This document shows positions 17,491 to 25,021 of a stretch of 27,563 bases of DNA, piece by piece. The position numbers and the translations under genes are program-made. The notes under the pieces are model-generated. The model made no database searches. It saw nothing but the letters and a program-made list of their open reading frames with translations, and had not been told where the DNA came from. Source of the DNA: a virus (taxonomy: Duplodnaviria > Caudoviricetes); the IMG/VR virus record IMGVR_UViG_3300025083_000173, positions 1 through 27,563 of that record; one strand, 5' to 3'. The stretch's first letter is position 1. Every line of letters begins with the position of its first letter.

Positions 17491-19533
17491 ATGAGTAAAC
17501 TAATAACTAAACAAATGATCGACCATGACCCCACCGCCAGCCTAAGCAGAGCTTATCGTGAGATGGGGCCTAATCAATTTCTACGAGAGGTCATTCAAAA
17601 CGCTGAAGAGGCCGGAGCGTCACAGATACGCTTTATTGATGTTGATGGTCAATTAGGCTGTTTTGATGATGGATGTGGTATGAGTCCTAATGAGCTGCTT
17701 AAGCTTATCAATGGTCGAAACTCATCAACGAAGAACAGAGAAGGAGTCCACGCTAACTTTGGTATTGGCCTCAAAGACTCAACGCTAGCCGGTAATCATT
17801 ATGGTGTAGTCGTTGTATCTCGAACCGAAGAATACCCCCAAGGCGCTATGATTTGGATGCATATTGACAGCCAGGGAACAGCAGGCGCTAAGTTGATTGT
17901 ATCTGATGAGATCCGCACAAAGCTCAAAACAGAGTATGAGCATGAAGCAGCTACTGAATTTTTGGTGGATCACCGCGAGTCTTTTTATGCTGTGGACTTT
18001 GGCAAGGTCAGCGAGTTTTTTAATACTTCCTCATATACTGTCGATGGCATCGACTGGATGAGCCTTTTAGATTGTCATCGTGGGAACCCTTATAATACAA
18101 GCATCATATTGATGGGAATGTCTCCCGATCATGAAACAAGTGCTGAATATCTCTCTTTTAAGGATCGCACGCGACGCTTGAACAAATTGGCTTATAATTA
18201 TATTGGGTCAAGATATTATGACTTCAAATTAAAAGTGGGTACTCGAAGCCGCTCGTTTAAAAGTAATCAATCTTCTCTCAAAGATTATCTATTAGATATA
18301 CTTGTTGTGGATGGGTTTACAATTAAGGTTTATCTCAAAGAAAAGTATTGTCAGAAAACGAGAGCTAATAAAAACCCTCTCAACTCATTTTTTGAGCGCT
18401 TCGGCTTTATTACCGCGCTTCTATATAAGAATGAGCTTTATGACGTGGTAAGCGCATACTCTCACCGACAGATCATTCATCAAGCTCGCCAGTGGGGACT
18501 TCACTTCCCTGAGGTTTACAACCGAGTAAAGATCATTGTGGAACCCCCACATTATGATGAGGATACTGGAATCGGTTGTTTTCCATCATCGACCCGAGCA
18601 GGGCTTTTTTATACAGATCCACGTATTAATTATGGGCCTGATAAAGGAGTACCCTTACAAGAGGTTAAAGCCGCGTTTATCAAAAACATGCCCAAAGAGA
18701 TCAGAGATCTACAAGCAGAAGCGTATGAAAAACAGATGGAAAAGAGTCTCGATGGCTCAGCGTCTGCGAAATACCGAAAGTTTTTCAAGGTTCATAAAGA
18801 GCGCCCAAGCCTCACCCAGGGAGATGGTAGCGCATTGGTCGATCTATCTAAAGAAGGCTCACTGGCTGAGCTAGAAGAGTTGTTAGGGTTTAGAGAGAGA
18901 AAGAAGGTAGAGCCTCAGCCCCCCAACCCCGTAGATGATCTACAACCTAACCCCAACCCCAACCCCAACCCTAAGCCGAAAAATAATGAAGCTGTCGAAG
19001 GTGGGTTGTTTGGAGAAAAAAGAGCAAAGAAGAAGTTAAAGTCAGAGCTACCCTCTGTGATCTTTGTGCATCCCGAGCGAAACCCCGATAGCCAAGGCTT
19101 GGCGCTCTTGACCTCTGAGAATGGGAAGTTGTTCCCTTATGCTTACACTGGCGCTTCATTGGCAGGCTCAGGAAATATCCTATACGTTAACGAGAGTTCT
19201 ACTATGCTTGATGGGTACATTAACGCGGCTGAGCACTCCCTAAGGGATAAAGAGCCTATGTCACGTCAAGCTATACTCGATGAAGTGGTTAAGCCTTTCA
19301 TAGTTGAGCATCTACCTGCATCTATCGAACACGCTAGATCTAATAAAGAGCTTTTACAGCTTGGTGTTGATGTCACTAAACCTGAGCACATTTCATTAAT
19401 GTTAGCCGGAGCCTGGCAGCAGGTGAGCAACTCCCCGACTGTTTACTACAAGCGATACCGTACCAAGATTGAAGCGCTAGGAGATGCTAATGAACCGAAC
19501 CCCACGACAAATGAGCCCCATAGCGAGACATAG
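17491..19533 (+). CDS. GHKL (HATPase_c, MORC/Hsp90-like) ATPase domain protein
   Basis: N-box REVIQNAEEA, G1 box DDGCGM, G2 box NFGIGLK. PN-repeat linker before a C-terminal domain. Confidence 0.8.
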   Translation: MSKLITKQMIDHDPTASLSRAYREMGPNQFLREVIQNAEEAGASQIRFIDVDGQLGCFDDGCGMSPNELLKLINGRNSSTKNREGVHANFGIGLKDSTLAGNHYGVVVVSRTEEYPQGAMIWMHIDSQGTAGAKLIVSDEIRTKLKTEYEHEAATEFLVDHRESFYAVDFGKVSEFFNTSSYTVDGIDWMSLLDCHRGNPYNTSIILMGMSPDHETSAEYLSFKDRTRRLNKLAYNYIGSRYYDFKLKVGTRSRSFKSNQSSLKDYLLDILVVDGFTIKVYLKEKYCQKTRANKNPLNSFFERFGFITALLYKNELYDVVSAYSHRQIIHQARQWGLHFPEVYNRVKIIVEPPHYDEDTGIGCFPSSTRAGLFYTDPRINYGPDKGVPLQEVKAAFIKNMPKEIRDLQAEAYEKQMEKSLDGSASAKYRKFFKVHKERPSLTQGDGSALVDLSKEGSLAELEELLGFRERKKVEPQPPNPVDDLQPNPNPNPNPKPKNNEAVEGGLFGEKRAKKKLKSELPSVIFVHPERNPDSQGLALLTSENGKLFPYAYTGASLAGSGNILYVNESSTMLDGYINAAEHSLRDKEPMSRQAILDEVVKPFIVEHLPASIEHARSNKELLQLGVDVTKPEHISLMLAGAWQQVSNSPTVYYKRYRTKIEALGDANEPNPTTNEPHSET

Positions 19534-19684
19534 CGCCGCAAACAAACTACAGGCCGCACGTGAGCTCTTAGGAGCTCCACCCAAAAAAGTTAGAGAACCA
19601 ACGCTTATACGCTGGCCTATCGAGCTGTTACCCACTGAGTTCACTGATGAGGAGTTGAGAACATTGCCGGAGTTTTTGAGATGA
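19484..19684 (+). CDS. Hypothetical protein
   Basis: About 64-66 aa, GGAG upstream of the ATG, ATGA-coupled to the next gene. Confidence 0.5.
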   Translation: MLMNRTPRQMSPIARHSAANKLQAARELLGAPPKKVREPTLIRWPIELLPTEFTDEELRTLPEFLR

Positions 19685-20052
19685 CTAAAAATATACGCGC
19701 TAACGAGACCCCCGAGCAACGCGAGAAACGACTAGCCAAAGGTCGAGAGTATGAGCGCCTTAAGTATTCGCTGAAGATGAAACGAGAACTACCTGAGCAA
19801 CGCGAGAAACGACTAGAACGCTGTAGGAATAGATACCATCAAATAGTAGCTAGTGAGACAGCCGAGCAAAAAGAGGAGCGCCTAGCTAAAGGTCGAGAGC
19901 AATATCAGCGCCATATTGAAAAACGTAGGAAGTACCATCGAGAGTACAACCGTAAACAAAGAGCTAACGAGACCCCCCAGCAACGCGAGAAACGACTAGC
20001 GAAGCAAAGGGAATATTACCAACGAACAAAAGAGAAGAATGAACAGAGCTAG
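19681..20052 (+). CDS. Highly charged repeat protein (ETxEQRExRL x4), probable nucleic-acid binder
   Basis: Four helical repeats, R/E/K-rich. Confidence 0.6.
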   Translation: MTKNIRANETPEQREKRLAKGREYERLKYSLKMKRELPEQREKRLERCRNRYHQIVASETAEQKEERLAKGREQYQRHIEKRRKYHREYNRKQRANETPQQREKRLAKQREYYQRTKEKNEQS

Positions 20053-20069
20053 ACGAGCAAAGAGGAGGA

Positions 20070-20285
20070 GTGATGAGTGATAAAAAATCAAATCTGACTG
20101 ATACCACACGCACACACGTAGTAGAGACAGGCGAAGAGATATTAGCTACACTTTATGAGATGTTAGTAACTCGCTTGGAGGAGGATTTAGACCTAGAAGA
20201 CCCTGATAACTTAGATGTCTACAACAAGTCTAAAGTCCTCCAAGAGTATATTGAGCAAATTTTGAAAGAGACTGAAAATGGGTAA
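20070..20285 (+). CDS. Small acidic hypothetical protein
   Basis: GAGGAGG RBS; overlaps the terS start. Confidence 0.6.
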   Translation: MMSDKKSNLTDTTRTHVVETGEEILATLYEMLVTRLEEDLDLEDPDNLDVYNKSKVLQEYIEQILKETENG

Positions 20286-20715
20286 AGCAGGAAGAAAACC
20301 ATATCCTAGAGAAGTCAGAGACAGACTACTTGATAACCTCAGAGAGGGGATGAGTATAAGGGCGGCTTGTACACAATCCGGTATAGGTGAGCGCACATAC
20401 TACCGTTGGCTTGATGAGTGTGAGGACGGTGAGTGGACCCTAGAAGTAGAGGCGGCTAAAGACTTCGCTGAGGCTGTTTCTTTAAGTAAGCTCAAAATGC
20501 TAGGCGACGAAAAAGCAGACTGGCGAGCTTACGCTTGGATATTAGAGAGACGCTATCCTGATCGATGGGGAGCCAAGAAAGAAGTGGACCTTAATGTTGG
20601 GACCACTACTGACAAAGGGAACGAGATGGTTACAGCCATGATCAGCCAAGTGCAAGAGGAACTCCACCCTCGAGGTGATGACGACCTAGAGGACACCCAA
20701 GATGCAGATGATTAG
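20278..20715 (+). CDS. terS: Terminase small subunit (HTH type)
   Basis: N-terminal HTH (GMSIRAACTQSGIGERTYYRW) and 'DWRAYAWILERRYPDRWG' motif; lies upstream of terL. Confidence 0.75.
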   Translation: MGKAGRKPYPREVRDRLLDNLREGMSIRAACTQSGIGERTYYRWLDECEDGEWTLEVEAAKDFAEAVSLSKLKMLGDEKADWRAYAWILERRYPDRWGAKKEVDLNVGTTTDKGNEMVTAMISQVQEELHPRGDDDLEDTQDADD

Positions 20716-20968
20716 AGTTAAGCTAAAACGCGCATGGACTATATACCCATCTCACCAGCGTACTGAATGGATTATAGAGAATGGAGAATATCATGTTAGA
20801 GCCACCAATGCTGATGATAGTGATGGTTGGAGTCGCGTACATTACGATGAAGTGGATGTAGAGCTAGGTGCTAAGGTCATCACCTCAGAGACCAATAAGC
20901 ACCGCATCACTAACAGAGAGTTTTATGAGGTCACTTCTCAGGGTCTCAAGTTTGTTGATTGTGACTAA
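20702..20968 (+). CDS. Hypothetical protein between terS and terL
   Basis: 88 aa, overlapping both neighbours (TAATG with terL). Confidence 0.55.
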   Translation: MQMIRVKLKRAWTIYPSHQRTEWIIENGEYHVRATNADDSDGWSRVHYDEVDVELGAKVITSETNKHRITNREFYEVTSQGLKFVDCD

Positions 20969-22338
20969 TGACTAACCTAGTTCTAAACCCGCTTCAGCGC
21001 GACATTATCAAGAGCATCCTCTCAAAAAATAGGATTATCGCGGCGCGTTGTGGTTGGGGAAGCGGTAAAACTAGCGCGTTAGTCTTCGCTTTATTATTCG
21101 TTACTCGAATGAGGCCTGGTACTTCATCCCTACTTGTGACCGACACAAACCCACGTTATAACTCTGTATTGATGCCTGAGCTAGAGAAGTGGCTAGGGCC
21201 ATTGGGTTGGGTGTATAACCACACTCTTAGACAGTGGTTAGACCCATCGACAAACTCAACTGTATGGTGTCGCTCGTATTATCGACCTGGCACGCGAGAC
21301 GCTACCCATAACCCACTAGAGGGCTTGAATATCACTTCCGGTGTCTGCCTCATTGACGAGTGCCAAACTCTTAGCAGTGAAGTAGCTCATAAAGCTATGG
21401 GTCGATTAAGAGCAGGAGAATCCCCGATCATGATCTTGGTGGGTTTGCCTGTATCTTCTGCTTGGTGGGTTCAGATGGCAGAGCAGGCGGAGTGTCAACC
21501 TCTCCTCTATTCGAGCTACGTTAACGAAGCGAACCTCAGCTCTGAGTGGTTCGAGGCCACTAAGCTCCTGCCTGTTGAGGAGCGTGAGGCTATGGTTATG
21601 AATAAGCCTAAGCCTCCATCAGGTCTAATCTACTCTGAGTTTACTGAGTCTCATATTATAGATGGGTGGAGGTATAAGCCATCCATGACCGGACGTATCG
21701 CCATCGACTGGGGGTTTCGAAAACCTAGCGTCTTAATTATCGTGCATGATGAGGAGCTAGGCGCTGATGTTATATGTGGTGAACTCAACCCTAAAGAGGT
21801 GACGATTGAACAACTCACCGAACTCATACTCTGTATAGCTTGGCCAAGGGCTCATCAGAGCTTTGCACCCTCACCGCGTATTTGGCTAGACGTTGGAGTA
21901 GCAGACAAAGCTGGTCGCGCTCGAAACGACCAAACAGGCAGATCAGCATTTAGAGCAATCCGAGGAGCTCCCCCCAACGGCCTTGGCTTACCTCTTCGGT
22001 CGAATACTGACCCAATACGAACCGATGTACTCAACGGCATCCAGCGTTTAAAACGTGCGTTTAATCGCCGGCAATACCTCATCACTAGAGAGTTATGGAC
22101 TTCAGGAGAGAGAGCGACAGGTAACAGCCTACACAAAGCCATCATGTCTTACGCTTGGGACAACAAGGAGCAACCTAAAAAAGATGGTAGAGAAGATCCC
22201 TTAGATGCTTTGAGATACGACTGCATCACATGGAACTGGAATGACTCAGAAGTAGACCGTAAGCAATACCAACGAACCCCCACCACTAGCACCAGTCGAA
22301 GAGTAAGAATCGGTGCATCGAAGAGGAGACAGTTTTGA
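20968..22338 (+). CDS. terL: Terminase large subunit
   Basis: Walker A GWGSGKT, Walker B CLIDE, RNase H-like nuclease motifs AIDWG and DPLDALRY. Confidence 0.92.
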   Translation: MTNLVLNPLQRDIIKSILSKNRIIAARCGWGSGKTSALVFALLFVTRMRPGTSSLLVTDTNPRYNSVLMPELEKWLGPLGWVYNHTLRQWLDPSTNSTVWCRSYYRPGTRDATHNPLEGLNITSGVCLIDECQTLSSEVAHKAMGRLRAGESPIMILVGLPVSSAWWVQMAEQAECQPLLYSSYVNEANLSSEWFEATKLLPVEEREAMVMNKPKPPSGLIYSEFTESHIIDGWRYKPSMTGRIAIDWGFRKPSVLIIVHDEELGADVICGELNPKEVTIEQLTELILCIAWPRAHQSFAPSPRIWLDVGVADKAGRARNDQTGRSAFRAIRGAPPNGLGLPLRSNTDPIRTDVLNGIQRLKRAFNRRQYLITRELWTSGERATGNSLHKAIMSYAWDNKEQPKKDGREDPLDALRYDCITWNWNDSEVDRKQYQRTPTTSTSRRVRIGASKRRQF

Positions 22339-22544
22339 GCGTTGACCACCCGACCCATTATTATCCAAACACTATAGAGGCGATAGATGTTATCGAGGCA
22401 TGGAAGCTTAATTTTAATCGAGGTAATACCCTCAAATATTTATGCAGAGCAGGTATTAAAGACCCCCATAAAGAACTAGAGGATCTCAAAAAAGCTCAGT
22501 GGTATTTAGAGCGAGAGATTGAAAGGATCAAGGTGAGAGGATGA
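22335..22544 (+). CDS. DUF3310 family protein (T7 gp1.7-like nucleotide kinase family)
   Basis: Signature VDHPTHY...IEAIDVI...FNRGNTLKYLCRAG.K...EDLKKAQWYL. Confidence 0.88.
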   Translation: MSVDHPTHYYPNTIEAIDVIEAWKLNFNRGNTLKYLCRAGIKDPHKELEDLKKAQWYLEREIERIKVRG

Positions 22545-23200
22545 ATATCTATGATGATGGTATTGGAGAAGTCACTCTTATTCAATCGATGGGAGACGAT
22601 AACACACCAGCCTTAGCAGCTCGTGTATCTTTCGCCAAGAAGGACACTAAGAGCGAGATGAGCCAACGTGATGAGTCACTGATCAACTACCTAGCAGTCA
22701 ATCGCCACACCTCACCCTTTGAGCATATCTCTGCCACCTTCCTTATCACCTGTCCCCTGTTCATTGCTCGACAGATACAGCGCCATAGAACATTTTCCTA
22801 CAATGAGATCAGCAGACGATACACCTCTAAGGATATTGAGTTCTACATTCCACGAAGCCTACGTAAACAAGCCGAGACTAATCTACAGTGCTCTCTTCCC
22901 ATCAACATACCGAGGTCAGCAGAGTTTACTAGATTGATTAAAGATCACACTCAGGTCTGCCTATCTTTTTACAACACCCTCTTAGAGCAAGGTGTATCTA
23001 GGGAGCAAGCGCGCGCCGTACTGCCTCAATCTATGTACACTAGTTTTTGGATGTCAGGCAATCTGCTCAACTGGGCCAAGTTTCTTAGACTGAGACTAGA
23101 AGAGCATGCACAGCCTGAAGCCACCGAAGTGGCCCAAGCTATACAAGATGAGTTGATAGAATGCTTCCCAACATCCCTGGGCGCTCTGTTGTTGAGCTGA
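22541..23200 (+). CDS. thyX: FAD-dependent thymidylate synthase
   Basis: AARVS, H.SPFEH, RHRTFSYNEISRRY (RHRx7SxR), REQARAVLP and HAQPE motifs. Confidence 0.96.
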   Translation: MNIYDDGIGEVTLIQSMGDDNTPALAARVSFAKKDTKSEMSQRDESLINYLAVNRHTSPFEHISATFLITCPLFIARQIQRHRTFSYNEISRRYTSKDIEFYIPRSLRKQAETNLQCSLPINIPRSAEFTRLIKDHTQVCLSFYNTLLEQGVSREQARAVLPQSMYTSFWMSGNLLNWAKFLRLRLEEHAQPEATEVAQAIQDELIECFPTSLGALLLS

Positions 23201-23232
23201 CAACTCGCTTATCATTTTGGAAAGTAGCACCT

Positions 23233-23688
23233 ATGAATAAACACATCAAGCTGAGAATTGATCAAGCTAAGCTACTGGCTCAGAGTTCACCCTGCCCACG
23301 TGGTCAAGTGGGGGCCGTAATCTTCGACGGTGAGAGCTGGGCTATTATTGCAGACGGGTATAATGGAGCGCCACGGGGTGGGGGTGAATTGTGTGGTGAT
23401 CACACTTGCACTAGAGATGATCTCAATATCATTTCAGGAACATCTGTAGAAATAGGCTGCCACCATGCAGAAGCTAACGCGCTATGTAATGCGGCGAGAC
23501 TTGGATCTTCTACGCTTGGTGCTTCGCTAGCTGTGACTCGAGACCCTTGTTTAAATTGCGCTAAACTTATTCACCATGCAGGGATAGTAAAAGTGTACTC
23601 ACCATCACTAGAAGGTGAGGCCGGAGTCTCTTACCTTCTAAAGCATGGAGTGGAGGTACTGCCATGGAGATCAAAGAACGCAGACTAG
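23233..23688 (+). CDS. dCMP deaminase family protein
   Basis: SPC...VGAVI, GYNG.PRG, HAEANA and PCLNCAK zinc motifs. Start at ATG 23233 preferred over 23161. Confidence 0.9.
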   Translation: MNKHIKLRIDQAKLLAQSSPCPRGQVGAVIFDGESWAIIADGYNGAPRGGGELCGDHTCTRDDLNIISGTSVEIGCHHAEANALCNAARLGSSTLGASLAVTRDPCLNCAKLIHHAGIVKVYSPSLEGEAGVSYLLKHGVEVLPWRSKNAD

Positions 23689-24446
23689 CAATAGTACTAC
23701 TCGACCTCATAGGCTCAACTGCTTTTGTACAACGAGCCGGAGCTATGAAGGCGGCGGAGTGGCTCCAATATCACGACAGGCTCACGCGCTCTCTGATGTA
23801 TCGCTTCGAGGGTCGAGAGATAGATAGGTCAGATGGTTTTTTACTCTCATTTGAAAGATCTATTGATGCTGTCAACTTTGCTCTCACGTATCAATCCACT
23901 ATCCCACCAAGGGTTAAACTCAATACTAGAATAGGTATTCATGTGGGGAATGTGGCAGAGGTAACTCAGTCTGAGCTAGATACTTTAGGCGGTGCAAAGC
24001 CTATTGAGTTAGAGGGAATCGCTAAAAACATAGCTGCTAGAACGATGAGCGTTTGCACAGCTGGACAAGTCCTATTGACCTCTGAGGCTATGAGCGCAAT
24101 ACAAGGCAGAGTAAATATACATACCCCCAAAGGCACGCGGTATGTATGTGTAGGCTTGTATCGATTTAAAGGGGTGGCTGAGCCTGTTTCACTTTACGCA
24201 GTAGGCTCAACTCTCGACAGCCTACAACCCCCACCCAACTCCGAGAAGGTCAAGAGATTAGGTGGCCCTAAAAAAGTGAGGAGTCGCGCACGTGATAGAA
24301 AAATAATAGAATGGCTTTGGTGGATCATTCCAAGGCTTCTGATTATTGAGGTAGTCTACTTGATGGGCCTAATGTGGCCTTGGTTCTCGAATAAGCCAAC
24401 CATTAAAGCTATCTTGGAGTTTATCAACAATGGACATGGGCAATAA
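23664..24446 (+). CDS. Class III adenylate/guanylate-type nucleotide cyclase with C-terminal TM helix
   Basis: Metal-binding D in LLDLIGST, second D in IDRSDGF, RIGIHVG, N-xxx-R in KNIAAR, GQVLLT and FKG. C-terminal hydrophobic segment WLWWIIPRLLIIEVVYLMGLMWPW. GGAGG RBS. Confidence 0.88.
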   Translation: MEIKERRLAIVLLDLIGSTAFVQRAGAMKAAEWLQYHDRLTRSLMYRFEGREIDRSDGFLLSFERSIDAVNFALTYQSTIPPRVKLNTRIGIHVGNVAEVTQSELDTLGGAKPIELEGIAKNIAARTMSVCTAGQVLLTSEAMSAIQGRVNIHTPKGTRYVCVGLYRFKGVAEPVSLYAVGSTLDSLQPPPNSEKVKRLGGPKKVRSRARDRKIIEWLWWIIPRLLIIEVVYLMGLMWPWFSNKPTIKAILEFINNGHGQ

Positions 24447-24918
24447 GAAAAAACAAACTGAGAAGAAACGAAGCGAACGTGAGTTAACCTCTGAAATTAA
24501 GGCTAAGAGGGGTTGGTGGTTTAGCGTCTTCTTTATGTTACTGGTGGTCTTCCTCATTCTCTTCCTGACCTATGTTGAGATAGTAGAGAAAAATAGAGAT
24601 GTATTGGTTGGTATCTTGGGCATGATCACAGGCAGCATATCTAGCATGATGGCTATAGCTTCAGGGCGCGACCCATCCGAAGTTGAGGAACTCAAAGATA
24701 AACTAGCTTCAGCAAACGCTGACAGAGAGGCGCTCATTGCTAGACTCAGAGATGCTCAAATACAGATGCAACTCCTCAGAGAACAGATTAACGAGCTTCA
24801 GCAGGCCATGATAGATAAGCTCTCACTCTTCGCTGGAGAGTCTCCTATTAAAACAAAAGACCCATCTCAGGTTATACTGCACCCCTCAGTAGACGAGTGG
24901 CTACCAAGGCAAAAATGA
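24430..24918 (+). CDS. Two-TM protein with C-terminal coiled coil
   Basis: TM1 WWFSVFFMLLVVFLILFLTYV, TM2 VLVGILGMITGSISSMMAIA, then about 45 aa of heptad repeats. Overlaps the cyclase gene by 17 bp. Confidence 0.75.
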   Translation: MDMGNKKKQTEKKRSERELTSEIKAKRGWWFSVFFMLLVVFLILFLTYVEIVEKNRDVLVGILGMITGSISSMMAIASGRDPSEVEELKDKLASANADREALIARLRDAQIQMQLLREQINELQQAMIDKLSLFAGESPIKTKDPSQVILHPSVDEWLPRQK

Positions 24919-24923
24919 GGAGC

Positions 24924-25016
24924 TAGACAAATACGCAAGTATCATCTATAGATATAATTGAGTATTAATTACAGCTCCAAGCGGAGAAAGGCAAAGTAAA
25001 CCCCATAAGCTTGGAG
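24924..25016 (+). promoter_or_regulatory. Putative promoter and RBS-occluding hairpin upstream of portal
   Basis: TAGACA-17-TATAGA (24924-24952), with TATAAT at 24953. 8-bp stem ctccaagc (24975-24982) / gcttggag (25009-25016) includes the GGAG RBS. Confidence 0.45.
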
Positions 25017-25021
25017 TCGTT

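Noticed and set aside
23161-23232. Upstream start for dCMP deaminase
   Set aside because: It adds 24 aa with no family motif and overlaps thyX by 40 bp. ATG 23233 gives the usual domain start.
24981-25005. GGCAAA-containing stretch as a c-di-GMP-I riboswitch next to the cyclase
   Set aside because: Only a short motif matches; the two-hairpin GEMM architecture is not evident.
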